This document shows positions 50,828-60,562 of a stretch of DNA of 64,000 bases, piece by piece. Source of the stretch: Planctomycetota bacterium (lineage in GTDB: Bacteria > Planctomycetota > UBA8108 > SXIK01). The DNA lies in contig CBDCXR010000004.1 of NCBI GenBank assembly GCA_965223845.1, positions 7,328,001-7,392,000 of the forward strand, in the 5' to 3' direction. The stretch's first letter is position 1. Each line of letters opens with the position of its first letter. The position numbers were made by a program, and so were the translations under genes. The notes below the pieces were generated by a model that ran no database searches, was not told the origin of the DNA, and saw nothing but the letters and a program-made list of their open reading frames with translations.

Positions 50828-51738
50828 CCGCCGACCGGTTCTCGATGCGAGTGCGCGTGCCCGCTTCAACCGCGAATCTCGGCTCCGGCTTCGACGTCCT
50901 CGGTCTCGCCGTGCAGATGTACCTCGAGGTCGACGCTCTCCCCGGCGGAAACGCGATCGTCATCGAGAACGAAGGACTCGGTGCCGACGAACTGCCTTCT
51001 GACGCGCGAAACTTGATCTACCGGCTCATCGCCGAGCACGCCGGCGAGTCGATGCCGCGCGGCATCCGCTTGCGGGTGCGGAACGAAATCCCTCTCACGC
51101 GCGGTCTCGGCTCGAGCGCCTCCGCGACGGTTGCCGGAATCGCCATCGGGATGTGGATCCGGAACGGGACTCCGCCCGAGCGGATTCCGGTCCTCGAGGC
51201 AGCGAGTCGCGTCGAGGGCCATCCGGACAATGTCTCCGCATCCGTGTTCGGAGGACTCACGGTCAGCGCCGACGTCGAGGACCAGGTGATCTCGACGAGC
51301 CTTCGCATTCCGCACGGCGTTCGCATCCTCGCGCTCATTCCGGATCGAGAGATCTCGACGCAGAAGGCGCGCGAAGTGCTCCCGGTGCAGATTCCGCGCG
51401 CCGAAGCGGTCCACAACCTGCAACGACTCGGTTTGCTTCTCGCGGGACTCTTTCAGAATCGCCGCGACTTTCTCATCCACGGCGTTGGCGACCAGATCCA
51501 TCAACGCCGCAGGTATTCGCTGCTCCCACCGATGGGCGCGGTCGTCCAGGCGCTCAACGAGCAGCGCGCGTGCCTCGGAGCGTTCGTGAGCGGCGCCGGT
51601 CCGGTGATCGCGGCGTTCACGACCGAGGACGCGGGAAACCGTCTCGGTGAGCTCGGCGTGAGGGAGTTCGATCGGCACGGCGTCGGGTCGGAGTTTCGCT
51701 TGCTCGCGCCGGACTATCTCGGAATCACTTACGGTTGA
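50824..51738 (+). CDS. thrB: Homoserine kinase
   Basis: VPASTANLGSGFD, IPLTRGLGSSA, EGHPDN, SGAGP; ATGA overlap with thrC. Confidence 0.95.
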   Translation: MTADRFSMRVRVPASTANLGSGFDVLGLAVQMYLEVDALPGGNAIVIENEGLGADELPSDARNLIYRLIAEHAGESMPRGIRLRVRNEIPLTRGLGSSASATVAGIAIGMWIRNGTPPERIPVLEAASRVEGHPDNVSASVFGGLTVSADVEDQVISTSLRIPHGVRILALIPDREISTQKAREVLPVQIPRAEAVHNLQRLGLLLAGLFQNRRDFLIHGVGDQIHQRRRYSLLPPMGAVVQALNEQRACLGAFVSGAGPVIAAFTTEDAGNRLGELGVREFDRHGVGSEFRLLAPDYLGITYG

Positions 51739-51809
51739 CTTCGCGCGCGAGAGCCCGCGAGCTCGTTTTGCGTGCTTGGGGCAGTGCGGAGGAATGACGA
51801 GGCGGACGC

Positions 51810-53141
51810 GTGTCCCAAGAGAACATCGCTGCGAAGCCGATTCTCGTTCAGAAGTACGGCGGGACATCCGTGGCGACGATCGAGCACATTCGCCGGGTCG
51901 CATCGCGCGTTGCCGACGCTCATCGCGAGGATCGCGCCGTCGTCGTGATCGTCTCGGCGATGGGAGAGACGACCGACGAGCTCGTCGCGCTCGCGGGGGA
52001 GGCCGCGGTTCGGCCGTCGCGGCGGGAGATGGACATGCTCCTTCACGCGGGCGAGATCGTCAGCGCATCGCTTCTCGCGATGGCGATCACCGACGCGGGC
52101 GTGCCGGCGATCTCCGTCACCGGGCAGCAAGCGGGAATGCGCACGGACGGCGATCACACCCGCGCGCGGATTCGCGCCGTGCGGGCCGAGCGCGTGCGCG
52201 AAGAGCTCGCGCAAGGGCGAGTCGTCGTGGTCGCCGGATTCCAGGGAGTTACCGACGCGCTCGAGATCACGACGCTCGGACGCGGCGGCTCCGACACGAC
52301 CGCCGTCGCGATGGCGGCCGGTCTCGACGCGGAGTCGTGCGAAATCTTGACCGACGTCGACGGCGTCTACACGGCGGATCCGCGAATCGTTCGGGAGGCG
52401 CGCAGATTGGAGTGGTGCTCGTACGACGAGATGCTCGAGCTCGCGACCCTCGGTGCACGTGTGCTCCATTCGCGTTCCGTCGAGATGGCCCGCCGATTCA
52501 AGGTGCCGCTCGTCGTGGCAACGAGTTTCCGGCGTGCGCCGGGGACGGTGATCGCAGCCGGGACGACAAGATCTTTGGGTGAGGAGCCGGGCGAGGACGG
52601 ACGATCGAGCGGGACCGCGCCCGACGACCGCTCCACTCTAGAGGATTCGAGGACTATGGAACAGGTGTCGCTGCGCGGCCTCGCGCACAAGACGGACGTC
52701 GCGAAGATCGCTCTCGTCGGAGTGCCCGATCGCCCCGGAGTGGCGGGAGACGTGTTTTCCGCGCTAGGCGATGCGGGGATCAACATCTCCCTCGTCGTTC
52801 AAGCCGAGCACCGCGGCGGGACGAACGACATCGCGTTTCTCGTCGGAAGCGAGGCCCTCGCCGATCTGCACCCCAAGCTCGAAGAGCTGCGCGAGAAGAT
52901 CGGCGCCGAAAAGATGCTCGTCGACGAGAACGTCGCCACGGTGTCGATCGTCGGTGAGGGAGTGCAGCGCGAGCCGGGAGTCGCCGCGCGGATGTTTCGA
53001 ACGCTCGGCGGCAATGGCATCAATATCGATCTCATCAGCTCGTCCAATCTCATGCTCACTTGCGTGATTCCAGCCGAGCGCATCGAGGACGCGCTCCGAG
53101 CGCTCCACCGCGAGTTCTTCGAAGGGGAAGCGAATCCTTGA
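51810..53141 (+). CDS. lysC: Aspartate kinase
   Basis: VQKYGGTSV, TLGRGGSDTT, TDVDGVYTADP; two ACT domains. Confidence 0.95.
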   Translation: MSQENIAAKPILVQKYGGTSVATIEHIRRVASRVADAHREDRAVVVIVSAMGETTDELVALAGEAAVRPSRREMDMLLHAGEIVSASLLAMAITDAGVPAISVTGQQAGMRTDGDHTRARIRAVRAERVREELAQGRVVVVAGFQGVTDALEITTLGRGGSDTTAVAMAAGLDAESCEILTDVDGVYTADPRIVREARRLEWCSYDEMLELATLGARVLHSRSVEMARRFKVPLVVATSFRRAPGTVIAAGTTRSLGEEPGEDGRSSGTAPDDRSTLEDSRTMEQVSLRGLAHKTDVAKIALVGVPDRPGVAGDVFSALGDAGINISLVVQAEHRGGTNDIAFLVGSEALADLHPKLEELREKIGAEKMLVDENVATVSIVGEGVQREPGVAARMFRTLGGNGINIDLISSSNLMLTCVIPAERIEDALRALHREFFEGEANP

Positions 53142-53644
53142 ACGAGAACGCCGGGATCTCTCGGTCGAATGCGTCACCACCGAACGAGGTCGCGGCGCGG
53201 ATAGCGCGGGAGCTTCGCACGGATAGCCGCGAAAAGGCCGAGCGGTTCCGAACGATCGATGAATCGTCCGCGCGTGAACCGCGCGCGGCGGGCAAGTGGT
53301 CCCGGTGCGAGATCCTCGGGCATCTCATCGATTCCGCCGTCAACAACCATCACCGATTTGTCCGCGCGCAGCTCGCGAGCGAACTCCGCTTTCCGAAGTA
53401 CGAACAAGATGAGTGGGTGCGCGTGCAAGCGTACCGACGCGCCGAATGGTCCGCTCTCGTCGATCTTTGGGAGCGCTACAACGAGCAATTGGCGTGGGTG
53501 ATCGCGCAGATTCCCGTCGAGGCGATGTCGACCGTTTGCTTCATCGGCGAGTACGAGCCCGTGTCGCTCGAGTTTCTTCTCACCGATTACGTCGATCACT
53601 TGCGGCACCACGCCGCCCAGATCCTCGATGAGAGCTCGGACTGA
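53138..53644 (+). CDS. DinB family protein
   Basis: KWSRCEILGHLIDSAVNNHHRFVR, YEQDEWV, DYVDHLRHH. Confidence 0.85.
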   Translation: MNENAGISRSNASPPNEVAARIARELRTDSREKAERFRTIDESSAREPRAAGKWSRCEILGHLIDSAVNNHHRFVRAQLASELRFPKYEQDEWVRVQAYRRAEWSALVDLWERYNEQLAWVIAQIPVEAMSTVCFIGEYEPVSLEFLLTDYVDHLRHHAAQILDESSD

Positions 53645-53850
53645 ACTAGACGCAGAGCTCGATCCGGAGAGAACTCCGCGCGAAGTCAGCTCGCGAGTTC
53701 GATGCACGCGTCGGCGGCCAGTTTCGAAAGCTCATCGCTGCTAATAGCCAGCGGGAGCGGGAACGTGCAGTCGTCGAAGCGCGACCCGCGAATGGACTCC
53801 CCGGCGTCGAGCGAGAGGCCGAGGTTCGGCGATGAATCCTCTCCGTCGGC

Positions 53851-53899
53851 AAAAAAATGCCACCGCGGAGATGGGTGGACGGAGGTTCTCCGCGGTGGC
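53851..53899 (-). terminator. Intrinsic terminator downstream of lexA
   Basis: GCCACCGCGGAGA / TCTCCGCGGTGGC inverted repeat followed by T7 on the minus strand. Confidence 0.7.
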
Positions 53900-53973
53900 G
53901 TGCGACTTCAGCGAAAAGCCGCGGTTGAAGAGGAAGTAGGTGTTTCGTCTTAAAACTGGGTCGACGCGCGCCC

Positions 53974-54882
53974 CTATGCGAGCTCGAGCTGCCCCCGCAC
54001 CAGGCCGACGTACTTTCCGATCACGATCACGTCGCGCCCTTCGCTCTCGTCGATCTCGATCGGAGCGAAGCGCTCGTTCTCGGGACGAAGCGAAACGGTG
54101 GTGCTCCCGGCGCCGCGATGGGTATGCCAGCGCTTCAGCGTTCCTTCGCCGTCGATGATGACGGCGGCGATCTCGCCCTCCTCGACGGAGTTCTGCCGAC
54201 GGATGATCGCGTAGTCACCGTCGAGGATGCCCGCGTCGATCATGCTGTCGCCTTCGACCTTGAGCGCGATCACATCGCCGCTGTCACAAAACATGCGCGG
54301 ATCGATGCCGAGCGAGACCGTGTCCGGTGGGGGACTTTCGGCTGTCGCGACGGCCTCGGCGAAGCTCTCCGACGTGAATCCGTCGGCGTAGCTTTCAAAC
54401 GGCTGACCAGCCGCGATCGCACCGACGATCGGAACGGGGGACGCCATCGGCCGGAGAGCGAAAAGCTTGAGCCCCGGGTTCCCACTCGCGCCGGAGGGCG
54501 GCCTCGACTGCGCGAACGATGACGCCCAGCGCGCGACCTCCGGAAGATGCGACTGAAGGACGGTCGATCGATCGCCTTCCGCCGGACGGAGCTCGTCGCC
54601 GCCATCGTGAGCACTGTCCTGAGCGCCGTCGGAGACCGCCGCATCGAGCGCTCGCTCGAGGAGCTCCGGATCGGCGATGCGAATCCCCCGGCTCTTACCG
54701 CTATGGCTGATCAGGCCGGCGTTCTCGAGCACGCGGAGATGCTTGAGCACCGTCGCCGGGGAGCGCAGTCCGACGAGCGCGCCGACTTCGCGTACGGTCG
54801 GGATCTCGCCCTTCTGCATGAGGAACAAGATCGCCTCGAGAATCGTACGCTGCTTCTTGGTCAGAGGGCGTTCGGGAGGCAT
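53974..54882 (-). CDS. lexA: LexA repressor with extended linker
   Basis: LTKKQ...PTVREV...SPATVLKHL wHTH; IAAG cleavage site; GDSM and TLKR Ser-Lys dyad. Confidence 0.93.
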   Translation of the reverse strand: MPPERPLTKKQRTILEAILFLMQKGEIPTVREVGALVGLRSPATVLKHLRVLENAGLISHSGKSRGIRIADPELLERALDAAVSDGAQDSAHDGGDELRPAEGDRSTVLQSHLPEVARWASSFAQSRPPSGASGNPGLKLFALRPMASPVPIVGAIAAGQPFESYADGFTSESFAEAVATAESPPPDTVSLGIDPRMFCDSGDVIALKVEGDSMIDAGILDGDYAIIRRQNSVEEGEIAAVIIDGEGTLKRWHTHRGAGSTTVSLRPENERFAPIEIDESEGRDVIVIGKYVGLVRGQLELA

Positions 54883-54992
54883 GAGATTCCCTTCACGAAT
54901 GTCGGAGAGACGGGCGGGTGGATCTTCTGAGCCGAGCTCACGATCCCCCCGTCCCTCCCCGTTCGAGCTTCTTTTCCGCGGGGCGACGAGGG

Positions 54993-55056
54993 CGAACAAT
55001 CGTTCGGCGAACGCTTGTTCGCTTTCATGCCGAGGAGTATAGCGAACGGATGTTCG
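54993..55056. promoter_or_regulatory. Three putative LexA (SOS) boxes CGAAC-N4-GTTCG
   Basis: 54993-55006, 55008-55021, 55043-55056, flanking a minus-strand TATACT -10 element (55036-55041) upstream of lexA. Confidence 0.8.
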
Positions 55057-55186
55057 CCCATCTACCCCTAAACTCGAAAAGTTTTATGTTCCCATAACCA
55101 TGGGAAATGTGACTTGCGCCAACGCGTCCGTCGCGGCCGAAATCAGGGGGGCGGAGATCACCCCGAACGAGCCGAACGATGACGGT

Positions 55187-55621
55187 ATGACGCTTCGCAT
55201 CCCCGCCCGCCTCCGCGGGTTCACGCTGATCGAGCTCATGATCGTGATCGCGATCATCGCCATCATCGCGGCGATCGCGATTCCGAGCCTGTTGAACGCC
55301 CGCAAGTCGGCGATCGAGACCCAGGCGATCGGTCTCTGCCGGACGGCAGTGACGGTGAGCGAACAGTACCGGACGCGCTTCGGTCGCTACCCGAGCAGCG
55401 CGGTCGACCTCGGCATGACGGGGTACGTGCCGAACTGGGGACCGGGATTCCTCGACGAGTACGTCATCGACTACCTGCCGAGCGCGGGAACGTGGACGCT
55501 CACTCTGATCCCGGTGCAGTTTGGGGTCACCGCCGATCGATCGTTTTACGTCGACGCCACCGGAGTGATCCGCGTGAGCGCGTCCGGAGCCGCGACATCG
55601 ACGAGCACGCCGCTCGAGTGA
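55187..55621 (+). CDS. Type IV pilin-like protein
   Basis: RGFTLIELMIVIAIIAIIAAIAIPSLL prepilin cleavage/methylation motif. Confidence 0.88.
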   Translation: MTLRIPARLRGFTLIELMIVIAIIAIIAAIAIPSLLNARKSAIETQAIGLCRTAVTVSEQYRTRFGRYPSSAVDLGMTGYVPNWGPGFLDEYVIDYLPSAGTWTLTLIPVQFGVTADRSFYVDATGVIRVSASGAATSTSTPLE

Positions 55622-55886
55622 CGCGCTCCCCGTTCGTCTGATCCCCCGAGACCGGCGCTGGATTCGATCTCGTAAGTCGGGCAGACTACGCGAAGGCTCT
55701 CGAAACTCGTTCTGAGCGCCGCGACGGTCCGGCCGACGACGAATCCGAGCTGGGGCACCTCGGCAGCGCTCGACGTCCCTTCCGACTCGACGGACACACA
55801 TCCGCGGCGAACGCGCCGCACTTTCGCGGGGCGGAACCGACCGACGACCGCGTGGGTCTCGGTGCATTCACGATGGGGGAAAGACT

Positions 55887-58163
55887 ATGCACACGTGGTC
55901 GACGACGGCGCCGCCGTCCATGCACGATTCGTTCTCTCCTCGCGGCCGGGCCATAGCTCGAGAATCCCTTCGAGTCGTCTTCGCCGGCGTGTTGCTAACG
56001 AGTTCTCTGTTGCCGTTCATGCGAGCCGTCGCGGCACCTTCGCCAGAGGGCGATACCACCGTCCGGTTCGACGTCGAACAACACCTTCCTCCGGTTCGGT
56101 TCTATCTTCGATTCACCGACATTTCGTCGCTTCGCGCGGGGTTCCAGGAAACCGCGCTCTATCAGATCCTCACGCGCGACGACGTCCAGGAAGCGTTCGC
56201 CCAACCACTCGCCGAGATGCGAGCCGGACTCGCCGAAGCGGAGCCTGCGTTCTTGGCTTGGACCGGAAAGAAGCCGCTCGAGATTCTCGATCTCTTTCGC
56301 GGAGAGTTCCTCGTCGCGGTCGGCGAAATGACACCGATGGGGATTCCGGAGCTTTGCTTCGCGATCGAGCTCGGCGCGCAAAAGGCGGAGATCCGGAAGC
56401 TCGTGCGTCACGCGGCGGGAATGCTCGAGCAGGCGCTCGGCGTCGAGCTTCAGAAGTACGGCTCGGGCGCGGAAGAAGCGATGATCTGGCCGACGCCGGC
56501 GGGCGCGGTGTTCGAGAAGGACTTCGGATCGCACCTAGTCTTCACCAACTCGGCTCGCTTCTTCGGCGAGGTGTCGGGACGCTACTTCGGGAAGTCGACG
56601 GGTGAGAGCTTCGGCGGTTCTCCTCTTCGTGCGACCGTTCAGAAGGGCGCGCCCGTCAAATCGCCGCACGTCGAGCTCGGGCTCGATCTCGCGTGGCTGA
56701 ATCAGGTGATCGCGCCGTTCGTCGGGGCGGGGGAAGAGGCGCGGTGGATGCAGTTTCTTGGCGTCCACGATCTCAGCGTCTTCGGGGCCGCCCTGAGACT
56801 GACGGGCGGGATGGCCGATCGCGGCTACGTCATTCAGTCCTCGCGCGCGAATCGTGGAATCCTCGGCATTCTCGGATCAGAGTTGAAGCCCGTCGGTGCC
56901 ACGGCGAGGGAATTCACTCACGTTCCGCCGAACGCGCTCTCGCTCGGCGGCCTGAGGATCGACGTCGACCCGATCGTCGCTCGGGCGAAGACCCTCGCCG
57001 AAGAACTCGGCCTCGCGCAAGCGGCGCAGGGACTCGCGAACCTGCCACGGCTCGGGGAGTTTTCGCTGCGAACGGCTTCGGTTCCCGATCCGGACCAGCC
57101 CGGGAACGCGATCGATTGCTACTTCATGGATACGGCGATGTTTCGCCGGGTTCTTCCGCTCGTGGAACAATTCGTTCCGCTCATTCGCGAGAAAGACGAG
57201 GGAGGGACGGAACTCGTCCTTCTCGACTTCGAGCAGTTCGACGCCTCGCTCTCGGGAACGGGATTCGTGGGGACCGATTTGGGCGATGGGACATCGGTGG
57301 TCGCTGGGAGTCGCACGATCCTCGACTCGATTCTCGAGCACCGCACGAAAGCACGCCGCAAGCCGGATGAGCGCCTCGGTCGGGATGCGATGCGGCTCCT
57401 TTCCCGGGCGCCGTTCGCGTCGACTGGGATCGATCGTGGACAGGCGCTCGCCGCGCTCCGTGCGCGGTTCGACACACCCGACGTGCGACAAGGACTGGGA
57501 TCGATGGGTGTAAATACCGAATTGCTACCGTCGATCGACGAACTTGAGCTTCCGCCCGTTCGCTACTTCACCGGTGCGATCGCGAGACCCGATCGACTTC
57601 GACTGAGGGCGCGCTCGCGGATCGTCTCGGTGTACGCGGCCGATCTGTTTACTCCGGTATTCGTCGGAGTGGGCGTGCTCGTGCCGTCGCTCAGTGCCGG
57701 ACGTGAGGAGGCGTTCAAGGTCGCGTGCAGTTCGAATCTGAAACACATCTACGCCGTGTCATTGCTCTACGCCCTTAGGACTAAGACCGACCGCTTCCCT
57801 CACGATCCAGCGGGTAGTCTCGCCTCCATCCAAAAGCTGGTTGATTACTTTCCTGAAGATTTTCAACCCAAGACGTTCATCTGTCCCGCCGCTAGTCACG
57901 AACCGGTGCACTTTGCCGAGGATGGTGCATTCAAGTTGACACGGGAGGCGTGTAGCTACGAGATGGTTCCGTGGCAGATGAAAGCGACCACGCCGAACTC
58001 ACCACTCATGTACGACCGCCATCCCCACCACGACGGCGGGCGAATGGTGCTCTATTCGGATGGCAGCGTGATCCACCGAGACGAAGCGACGTTCCAAGCA
58101 CAGCTCGCCGAGGCGCGAAAGCGTTTCGAAGGCAAGGAGGATGGCAAGGACGCCGGAGAGTAG
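55887..58163 (+). CDS. Large exported protein with C-terminal pilin-like H-X9-DG domain
   Basis: Signal-like N-terminus; LVPSLSAGREEAFKVACSSNLKHI and HHDGGRMVLYSDGSV; start uncertain. Confidence 0.7.
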   Translation: MHTWSTTAPPSMHDSFSPRGRAIARESLRVVFAGVLLTSSLLPFMRAVAAPSPEGDTTVRFDVEQHLPPVRFYLRFTDISSLRAGFQETALYQILTRDDVQEAFAQPLAEMRAGLAEAEPAFLAWTGKKPLEILDLFRGEFLVAVGEMTPMGIPELCFAIELGAQKAEIRKLVRHAAGMLEQALGVELQKYGSGAEEAMIWPTPAGAVFEKDFGSHLVFTNSARFFGEVSGRYFGKSTGESFGGSPLRATVQKGAPVKSPHVELGLDLAWLNQVIAPFVGAGEEARWMQFLGVHDLSVFGAALRLTGGMADRGYVIQSSRANRGILGILGSELKPVGATAREFTHVPPNALSLGGLRIDVDPIVARAKTLAEELGLAQAAQGLANLPRLGEFSLRTASVPDPDQPGNAIDCYFMDTAMFRRVLPLVEQFVPLIREKDEGGTELVLLDFEQFDASLSGTGFVGTDLGDGTSVVAGSRTILDSILEHRTKARRKPDERLGRDAMRLLSRAPFASTGIDRGQALAALRARFDTPDVRQGLGSMGVNTELLPSIDELELPPVRYFTGAIARPDRLRLRARSRIVSVYAADLFTPVFVGVGVLVPSLSAGREEAFKVACSSNLKHIYAVSLLYALRTKTDRFPHDPAGSLASIQKLVDYFPEDFQPKTFICPAASHEPVHFAEDGAFKLTREACSYEMVPWQMKATTPNSPLMYDRHPHHDGGRMVLYSDGSVIHRDEATFQAQLAEARKRFEGKEDGKDAGE

Positions 58164-58185
58164 CCGGCGACCACGCGCTCGATTC

Positions 58186-59265
58186 TCAAACCGAGAACCG
58201 AAACTCGATCACGTCCCCGTCCTTCACCTCGTACTCCTTCCCCTCGAGGCGATAGACTCCCGCCTCTTTCGCGCCTTTGGTCCCACCGTTTGCGACGTAG
58301 TCGTCGTAGGCGACGACTTCGGCTCGGATGAACCCGCGCTCGATGTCCGTGTGGATCTCGCCCGCGGCTTCCGGCGCCGGCGTCCCCGCTTTGATCGTCC
58401 ACGCGCGCACCTCGTCTTCTCCCGTCGTGAAGAAGCTACGCGCGCCCGCGGCGCGGTAGGCGGCGGCGATGAGCTCGTCGCGGTGAAACGTCTCGATGCC
58501 GTACTCCTCGAGGAAGTCGGCGCGCTCCTCCTCCGGGAGCTCGAGCACGTCGGCCTCGTTGCGCGCCGGAATGACGAGGATTTCTTCGGCCTCGAGTGCG
58601 CGTAGCGACGCGAGCGATTCGTCCGAGCCGATCGCGCCGTCGTTCGTTCCGTCGGTGTTGATGACGGTCACGAATGGCTTGGCGCTCAGGAATCCGAATC
58701 CGCTGAGGAGTTTCGACGCCGCGGCGGTGAACTCGAACGTCGAGAGTCCTCTCTCCGCCTCGAGGTGAGCGTGGACTCGCTTCTGCACTTCGAGCTCTTT
58801 CTTCTCCTCGTCGCTAAAGCGTGGCTTCCGGGCCTTCTCCTCGAGCTTTTCGATCCGCTTCTCGACGATGACGAGGTCGGTGAGGATCAGCTCGCCGCGA
58901 ACCTCGGCGAGCTCCGCCGCCGGGTCGATCTGGTCACCGCCGGGCACGGCGGGATTCGCGAACGCGCGGAGGACGACGATGAGCGCGTGTGCCTCGCGTG
59001 CGGGCGCGAGAAGATCGGCGAGGCCACTTCGATCCTGGCCTTCCTTCTGTACCGCCGGGAAGTCGAGCACGTCGACCGCGGCCGGCGTGTACTTCTTCGG
59101 CTGGTAATCGTCGCGTAGCCGCTCGAGACGAGGATCGCGAACGTTCACGCGCCGGAGCTGCGGTTTATTTCCCGCTCGGTAGTCCGGCGGGCCGAAGTGT
59201 TCGGTGATCAGTTGGAAGACCGTCGTCTTCCCGCTTCCTGGAAGTCCGATGATGCCGACTTTCAT
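58186..59265 (-). CDS. ychF: YchF family ATPase
   Basis: MKVGIIGLPGSGKTT, DPRL, EVRAWTI, AAGEIHTDIERGFIRAEV, EGKEYEVKDGDVIEFRF. Confidence 0.93.
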   Translation of the reverse strand: MKVGIIGLPGSGKTTVFQLITEHFGPPDYRAGNKPQLRRVNVRDPRLERLRDDYQPKKYTPAAVDVLDFPAVQKEGQDRSGLADLLAPAREAHALIVVLRAFANPAVPGGDQIDPAAELAEVRGELILTDLVIVEKRIEKLEEKARKPRFSDEEKKELEVQKRVHAHLEAERGLSTFEFTAAASKLLSGFGFLSAKPFVTVINTDGTNDGAIGSDESLASLRALEAEEILVIPARNEADVLELPEEERADFLEEYGIETFHRDELIAAAYRAAGARSFFTTGEDEVRAWTIKAGTPAPEAAGEIHTDIERGFIRAEVVAYDDYVANGGTKGAKEAGVYRLEGKEYEVKDGDVIEFRFSV

Positions 59266-59538
59266 CGCGAAGCCTGAAGGTTGGAGCGGCTGTTGGGTGC
59301 GAAGAGCGCGCGTCGGCGACCGGCCGAACGCGGAGCGGAGTCTATCGCACGGCGCGAGCACGCTCAATCCGCCGTCGTGAACGGTCCGTTCCGAGTGCGT
59401 CGTTGCGACGCGAATTCTCTTGCGAGGTCACGCGCGAGTTCGGTTGGATGGACGCCCTTTTTCCGTCCCGCGGAGCGACGTCCCCGGCGTGCTCCGCCCT
59501 TCGAGCTGCGACCGAAATCCTCTCTAGGAGCGAACCCC

Positions 59539-60303
59539 GTGTCCCGCAACTACGTCACCCGCCGCGAGTACGACGCTTGGATCGCCGAGTGCACCGCCCT
59601 CGCGATCGCCTGCGGTTACCCCGTCCAAGACGACATGATCAACGACAACACGGGGCTCGTGTTCGGCGAGGATCAGTACGGGGCGTTCGAAAACGGAATC
59701 TGGTCGCGGGAACCGTACGAAGTCTTCGCGATCTTCCAGGCTCTCAACGAGCCGGCGATCGACGGACTCCCCGAGAGCGGTCTCGAGTACGCTCAATTCG
59801 GCGGGCTCTGCGACAAGCTGATGATCGTCCATCCCGGGAAGTTCTGCAGTCCGCACCTCCACTGGCGGAAGACGGAGTTCTACGAAGTCGTCCTCGGCGA
59901 GATGGACCTTTTCTATGCGCGCGAGATCATGGACGACGAACGCCTCGGGGTGAAGAAGGCGGGACTCATCGACCAAGGGCCGATGCCGGCGGGCGAGAAA
60001 CGCCCGGATCGCGTCGTGCTTCCGAAGGGGCGCGAGCACACCTACGATCAGCTCACCGAATACCGTCAACTACGGCCCGGCGACGCCAAATTCGTGATGC
60101 ACCGAAAGCATCTCCACGCGTTCGGATGTCCAGCGGATGCGAAGACGCCGGTCGTCATTCGCGAGGGTTCCGCGTACAGCCACGAACCCACGGCGAGCGG
60201 GAAGTCGACACTGCTCTCCGATTGGCAGCACATTCACGACAACGGATTCCTTCTCGACGGGCTCGACGAGGGACGGCTGAAGAACAACATCCGCGAGGGG
60301 TGA
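59539..60303 (+). CDS. Cupin protein, D-lyxose isomerase-like
   Basis: CDKLMIVHPGKFCSPHLHWRKTEFY (HxH-x3-TE) and later HAF; GTG after AGGAG. Confidence 0.65.
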   Translation: MSRNYVTRREYDAWIAECTALAIACGYPVQDDMINDNTGLVFGEDQYGAFENGIWSREPYEVFAIFQALNEPAIDGLPESGLEYAQFGGLCDKLMIVHPGKFCSPHLHWRKTEFYEVVLGEMDLFYAREIMDDERLGVKKAGLIDQGPMPAGEKRPDRVVLPKGREHTYDQLTEYRQLRPGDAKFVMHRKHLHAFGCPADAKTPVVIREGSAYSHEPTASGKSTLLSDWQHIHDNGFLLDGLDEGRLKNNIREG

Positions 60304-60336
60304 TCCTCGGGTTCGGCGCGGAGCTAGAGGAAGGAT

Positions 60337-60562
60337 TCACCACGAAGGGCACGAAGGACACGAAGGGAAGAGGATGAGAGCTAGAAATGAGAGGATGTAT
60401 GACGGCGCGGCCGTCGGACACCTTTGATTCGTCGTCCGCGGCCTCGTGATTTGTCGTTCGCGGCCTCGATCTCGGCGACGCTCTTGATCCACGCGCCCTG
60501 ATCCTTATCTCTCTATCTCTCTTCTTCTCTTCCCTTCGTGTCCTTCGTGCCCTTCGTGGTGA
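60337..60562. repeat. Perfect 36-bp inverted repeat (REP/MITE-like)
   Basis: TCACCACGAAGGGCACGAAGGACACGAAGGGAAGAG at 60337-60372 and its exact reverse complement at 60527-60562. Confidence 0.85.
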
